NCBI GenBank assembly: GCA_010909165.1
Contig: VJWM01000187.1
Span: 310,001-374,000, forward strand
Direction: 5' to 3'
From: Anthoceros angustus
Taxonomy: Eukaryota; Plantae; Anthocerotophyta
Length of the DNA stretch: 64,000 nucleotides
The notes under the pieces were generated by a model, which saw nothing but the letters and a program-made list of their open reading frames with translations, made no database searches and was not told the origin of the DNA. Position numbers and translations under genes: made by a program. Shown here piece after piece: positions 59,401-64,000 of the stretch (position 1 is the first letter of the stretch; every line of letters starts with the position of its first letter).

Positions 59401-60400
59401 ACCTCCTCCTACCGTGGTGCCTCCCCCTGCACCAACTCCACTCATGTTGGTGTTGTTGCACCGGGCGAACGACACCACCGCGCCCTGCTCTTCCGCTTAG
59501 TACACCTCGATGTGTCCGCCTCCGGAGGGTACCGCTCGATTGTTGTCTTGGACTCAGAATGTCCTTCCAATGTGACTCAGTACTCCTGGATCAATCGTCC
59601 TTCTTGGTTCTTCCAACTCTTCACCTTCACCGTGAAGTGCAAAATCTTCTTCTTCAAGTGCGTCGAGAAGGCACAAAATCCTCTTCCTCCCTCGAGCGCG
59701 TCTCTCGGACTTCTTTCTAGTTGATTCCTCCGTGTCGCCGAACTCTCTTGGTGAAATATATGGAGATGACCTTCCTCCGGATGCTCTTCGTTCACCACGT
59801 CCTCCGGTCATCGGCGTACATCTTCACACTCTCCATTCGAACAAAGAAAAACACACAACCCACTCCCGCAAGCGGCGCCAAAAATGTGGTGGGAGGTTCC
59901 GGGACCCCTCCCCTCAGAGCGGCCACACTTATCCCACTGTCTGTGCAAGAGGTTTCGTTCCCACGAAGGAGTGGGGAGCCCTTCCCACCTGGGAATGGAG
60001 GGTGTGCGCCTCCCCGACCGACCTCTCGACTCTCGACTCCGACAGTGCGCCGATGCGCCCCTCCTACTACCGCCCGGTGACCCACCCTCGGTAAGTCACA
60101 CTCTACGGCGATGACTCGTCGGCGGACCTCTCGCGCGAGAGGCACCGCCTAACTGCATGCGACCTTGGGGACCCCAAATCACCGTCTGATGGGCAATCCT
60201 CCCACCAGTTCTTACACTCCCTAAGACCCTTCTCATGACAAATTTGGGGCCGCCCCTCAAGCTCTTTTGTCATGCCTTGAAATTTCACCTTCCCCTCTTT
60301 TCTAGGTTTCTTCCTCCTCTCTTCTCTTTTTGTCTTACGGTTTTTAAGTAGGTGGCCTCAAAGGTTCTTAACCTACCTCCCAACAATCCCACTAACCCCT
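47439..60400 (-). mobile_element. Near full-length Ty3/gypsy element C (non-chromovirus, Athila/Phygy/Selgy-like): 5' LTR ending at 59885, PBS, gag, PR, RT, RH, INT, 3' cargo ORF, and 3' LTR ending at 47439
   Basis: PBS TGGCGCCGCTTGCGGGA at 59864-59880; gag core 59266-58985; CSICHQSGH knuckle ~58500; protease 56127-55561; RT (VCQDFRRLNKAT..YSFLDGYSGYNQI, FLDD ~54725); RNase H 54360-53836; integrase (WGIDFVGP, VSDRGTHF) 53623-52931; GPY/F module ~52620. No chromodomain was seen. The LTR 5' starts are not resolved. Confidence 0.9.
56164..58345. repeat. Tandem triplication of a ~730-bp unit inside the gag-protease linker of element C
   Basis: GTCGGCCTCCTCATTCATCTTCCAACATCACG recurs at about 56164, 56892 and 57623, and the ORF track shows the same peptides three times. 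Confidence 0.92.
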
Positions 60401-61258
60401 AGGGTCTTAATGACCCATTCACTCCCCTACCAACTATTTGCCTACTTCTTCTTGGCATGGACAGTGCCCTACCACCGCTCTTCCTTCTCTTTTGTCGGGG
60501 ACCGCTCGTCCGGATCTCTTCACCGCTGCACAGAGCCTCCACTGTGATATCGAATTTTGTTTTCCGAGGGCACTCACGACTTGAAAGACCTCGCACTTTC
60601 CTTGCGCATTTCGAGCTGGAACAAAAGCAGTCTGCAAAATCCTTGGGCGGATAGCTTTGAGACGCGGATTTCCTCGGTGCGCTGCTCGTCATGCACGGCC
60701 CTCATTTCTAGGAGGTCCACCAACTTCCCAACAACCCCTGGTCAAGGCTATAGCTGCAGTACCCAAAGCCTCGTAGATTTCTTGCATTGACCGAGGAGTC
60801 CTTTCTTCTTTACAAGCCACGTACATAGCGGCCACACACGTCTCTTCACAACTCCCTTTTCTCAAGACCCTCGCCTTCTTGTACAAGGAACTTGCCAATA
60901 CTGCGTGTTGTGCACAATTCTCATTCTTCTGCGAGCTCGAAATCCTATCAAAGCGGATATCAGTCATTGCCATGAGTGGGAACCCGTGCATTCGTGTTCC
61001 AGGTGGATGCAACCCATTTTCCTTTGCTGTAGTGCGGATGCAAGTGGTTAGGCCAGCATGGTCGAGCAAGTCATCCGTGTCGTGGGGCGTCCCACACGCT
61101 CCTTCTCCTCGTGCTCGGTGTCATTATCGAACTTCCTATATTCCAAGGTTTCGCCGATCGACGTTCTTCTAACACTAGACCGCACTCTGCAAATGCCGCC
61201 TGCACTGCTGTCCTCATAAATCTGTCTTTATCTTGCACTCTAGACATTTCGACTCCAT
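60399..61258 (-). pseudogene. TFIIB-like (general transcription factor IIB) coding sequence, intronless, frameshifted, second cyclin repeat truncated
   Basis: Manual frame repair from ATG 61258 gives MESKCLECKIKTDLxEDSSAG..ICAECGLVLEERSIGETLEYRKFDND..ERVGRP..DDLLDHAGLTTCI..FDRISELAERMRIVHNTQVLASSLYKKARVLRKGSCEETCVAAMYVACKEERTPRSMQEI..PKDFADCFCS. This is collinear with plant TFIIB (C-x2-C..C-x2-CGLVLE, IDETSEWRTF, RVGGP, LTTVI, AACLYIACR..PRT.KEI, DF..RFCS). Confidence 0.85.
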
Positions 61259-61440
61259 ATTCTCGTCACGAGATAATTAAAAAGTGGAATGTGTAGCCTT
61301 GAAATCGTTAACCCACGAGGGCTTTGGACAATGAGTGACTAAGCACAATGATTGTTTTTCAAGAAGGATTCCACGGTGACCTTGAACCTTGACACCTTAC
61401 GAGGGCTTGTCCAATGTTTATGAATATATGTAAGTCGCAT

Positions 61441-61533
61441 CCCTCATTTATATACCCAAGTTTTCCTTGGCCCTTGGGAATCTTACGTGGAATTTTGCAT
61501 CCGAAACCCCTAATTACCATGGGCCAAGGAACA
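61441..61533 (-). promoter_or_regulatory. Putative internal Pol II promoter of the TFIIB-like cargo: TATATAAA plus a CCATGGGCCAAGGAACA motif
   Basis: TATATAAA on the minus strand at 61454-61447, ~190 nt upstream of the ATG. The 17-mer at 61517-61533 is identical to 23004-23020, which also lies just upstream of a TATA motif. Confidence 0.55.
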
Positions 61534-62926
61534 ATCATCCTTGGATTTCATCCCTTTTTTCCCCTTAAATTCGCCCCACTTCCTTGAGGTTGATTCCGTC
61601 CTTGGACTTTGGCCTCACAAATTTTTCCACAAAGTTCTTCTAACGGACGCCAAGAGTCCGCTAGCCTACTGCGCCTCGGACGCCGGAGTCTGCCGTCCTA
61701 TTGGCGCACTCCGACACCAAGGCCAAGATGCAGTCCGTCGGCCTACCCGATCGAGCCTCCCACTCCCCAATGCGACGCTCTCGGCCCACGGTTTAGGGTT
61801 ATCGGGCCTACCACTCCCGAGTCGCCGTCCTTCGGCCCTCCGTGAGACTTCTCACCGGTGAGTGCACGTCGCGTGCAATCCCGACCAGAATCGGTGAAGC
61901 TTGAGAAACCGTTTTAATTTTTGAAAGTGTTTCGTAGAAAGGGCCTATGTAAATTAGCCTACTTGTACCAAATATCAAAGGCTATCGCATCAAGCTATGT
62001 TGGAGCTTGAAATGACAACTTGCATGCAGAGAAGGAAGTCAACCAAGAACAACCTTTAGACTAAACCACATCCTTGTAGAGGCGGTGAAAACCAAGCGTG
62101 GGATGAAAACAATCACTACTATTCAAGTTTTGAAAAGGGTGGAGACCCCATTAAAAGCGTTGAGCGTTTTTAGAGGACTTAACTTTCTGAAGGAGAAGCT
62201 CTTTTGCCCACCAAAATTTTCAAACCTCCTAGGAGCAAAGATTTGCATAGTACTAAATTGCAATCAAGAATGTAGGTCGCTAGAATGAAGGTGGCGAGAT
62301 AGTCTAAAATCTTATGTGAAACGAGTCATGTCCATGCACACGATGTTTGATTTAACGTAAGCAAAAATCTTGTCACTAAAGGGCGTGGAAAGGTATTTTT
62401 CAATCCATGAAGTCCATCGGCAAACCTTTAACTTGCATGGTCGGAGTGTGCATGAGTGTAAGTGTTGGGAATGCGTGTTGACGATGCCGACCGTGGAATG
62501 CGATGCGGATGTATGGATGGGCGCGGTCGGATGCATAGGATTCAAACATTGATTAATGGAGGAGTCTGTCACGGCATATATGTCGACTATGTGCGACGCG
62601 ACATACTCCTCACATCATTCTTGGCACCGGGACAAACATTTGACCCCTTGCTTGCAAGCATAACAAATTGGCCGTCATAATGCACATCTATTGATACATT
62701 TAATTTTACGTAGTGAGAAAAAGTCATGACCATCTGCATGCTAGTATGTGAGCTCAGCACACAGTGAGCTATTTGATTGAAGGCAAGTTCACAAGATAAT
62801 CTAAGGCTCAATTCTGAGCTCTTCCAAACAAAAATTCCACTTTGCAAAAACCATGCTTGCATTTTATAACGGATGCATGCGGACGCAAAAATCGGTAAGT
62901 GCTCTTGGCGTACTCACCGCCACGTA

Positions 62927-63210
62927 GTCGCTGCTGCAGGGGCCTCTCGACGCGCCCAGCTTGAATTTTTTCTGGTAGTGCAGTGAATTTTAGAGAGAAT
63001 TGACCTTTTGGTCATTGTTTTACCAGAGTAAAATTCATTACAATATAGTAGAAAATCATCTACCATCAAGGTACAAAACAATGAACCATCCAAGTGGGTA
63101 AAATCATCTACCATCAAGGTAGAAAATAGAGCACTAGAGTAGAAAACATGACGACCAAGTGAATACCAGGTCTAGAAGCTCATTCTAGAAATCCCACCAA
63201 AATCGCTAAT
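62927..63210. repeat. Second, diverged copy of the left end of the 40952-44725 insertion
   Basis: GTCGC..GGGGCCTC..GAGAGAATTGA..TTGGTCATT..AGTAAAATTCATTACAA..TAGAAATCCCACCAAAATC aligns with 40954-41195. It begins right after CACGTA (62921-62926). Confidence 0.8.
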
Positions 63211-64000
63211 CGACAAAACATTTTCATTAAATAATATTCATGCGGATCCGGGATATACAAAAACCAACAAAGAAACCTTTTCTTTGCGAGTTTCTGTATA
63301 TCCGTAATGGCATGAACAAATTCAACTAATGAAGAGTAAATACCAATAGATTGAACTCTGCTAGATTGAACTCTACTTCAACAACAATGGAACCTACAAA
63401 CAAAACGAAAACAGCACACAAACCGTGATTAGGCTGATACTAGAAAACACTGGAAATAATCATAGCAAATACTTAAGAAATGATACTCACCTTATTTAGG
63501 GAAATTTACTGTACAATTATACAGATTGAAAACGTAATTTTCACGACCACTTGGCTTGATTGGCACTTGTACAAAGATCATCATTCGGCAACCAATTGAT
63601 GAAGGCGAGGACTTGGACGAAATTGTCCCTCTTCCCGCAAGGTGACAACCTAATAAAATACAACCATTGATTTTCAATGTATGATTAATAAAGAGCATAA
63701 GAAAACTTACCAATCACGGATTTTCGCGAGATAGCGGCAAATATCTCGAGGCACATTTCCTCGCTCTGTTCTCTTTCCACGCAGCCTTGAACCTCTTGCT
63801 CTATCTGCTGCGCTTGATTTCTCTTGATGCTTAATGTGCTCTTGTCTCCTCTCCACATTTCTCCGCCTCAATCTCAAGGGCTTTCTCTCTTTTGCTTAGA
63901 GACTCGTAATTCAAGCGCTTTACGCCTCTCTATAAGAGCCTCCAAATCCTTTTGCCTGAAACTCCAATTGCTTCATCATCATACTCCAATTCCCGCGATC

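Noticed and set aside
60399-61258. The TFIIB-like sequence as the ordinary host TFIIB gene
   Set aside because: It is intronless and divergent, lacks most of the second cyclin repeat, and is fused to a tail shared with retroelement ORFs.
63480-63900. Possible minus-strand exons with GTAAG/GTGAG donor sites at the window end
   Set aside because: There is no recognisable protein, and the region adjoins a dispersed repeat. It cannot be supported without the flanking sequence.

Overview
Plant nuclear DNA, probably from a non-seed streptophyte (inferred from gene content, ~80-200 bp GT-AG introns and TE types). It falls into two sharply different halves. Bases 1-18.2 kb are a compact gene island with intact reading frames. 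It holds a 3-exon condensation-domain/acyltransferase-like gene, a cytosolic type II peroxiredoxin, tRNA-Trp(CCA), two inverted copies of a TIR element, an intronless Toc159-family GTPase and a 9-exon SirB1/transglutaminase-like gene. Bases 18.3-64 kb are a nested, indel-riddled stack of LTR retrotransposons: non-chromoviral Ty3/gypsy elements with tRNA-Asp-type PBS, a second Ty3 lineage, and Ty1/copia. This stack also contains microhomology-bounded tandem duplications, a multi-kb inverted duplication, and a 3.8-kb insertion flanked by TACGTA that has no TIR or LTR. The most notable observation is a frameshifted but recognisable TFIIB homologue (Zn ribbon, B-reader, first cyclin repeat) at 61258-60400. 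It occupies the slot next to the LTR where sister elements carry other cargo ORFs, behind a related internal TATA promoter. All alignments were done by eye, and TE boundaries are approximate unless a junction is quoted.
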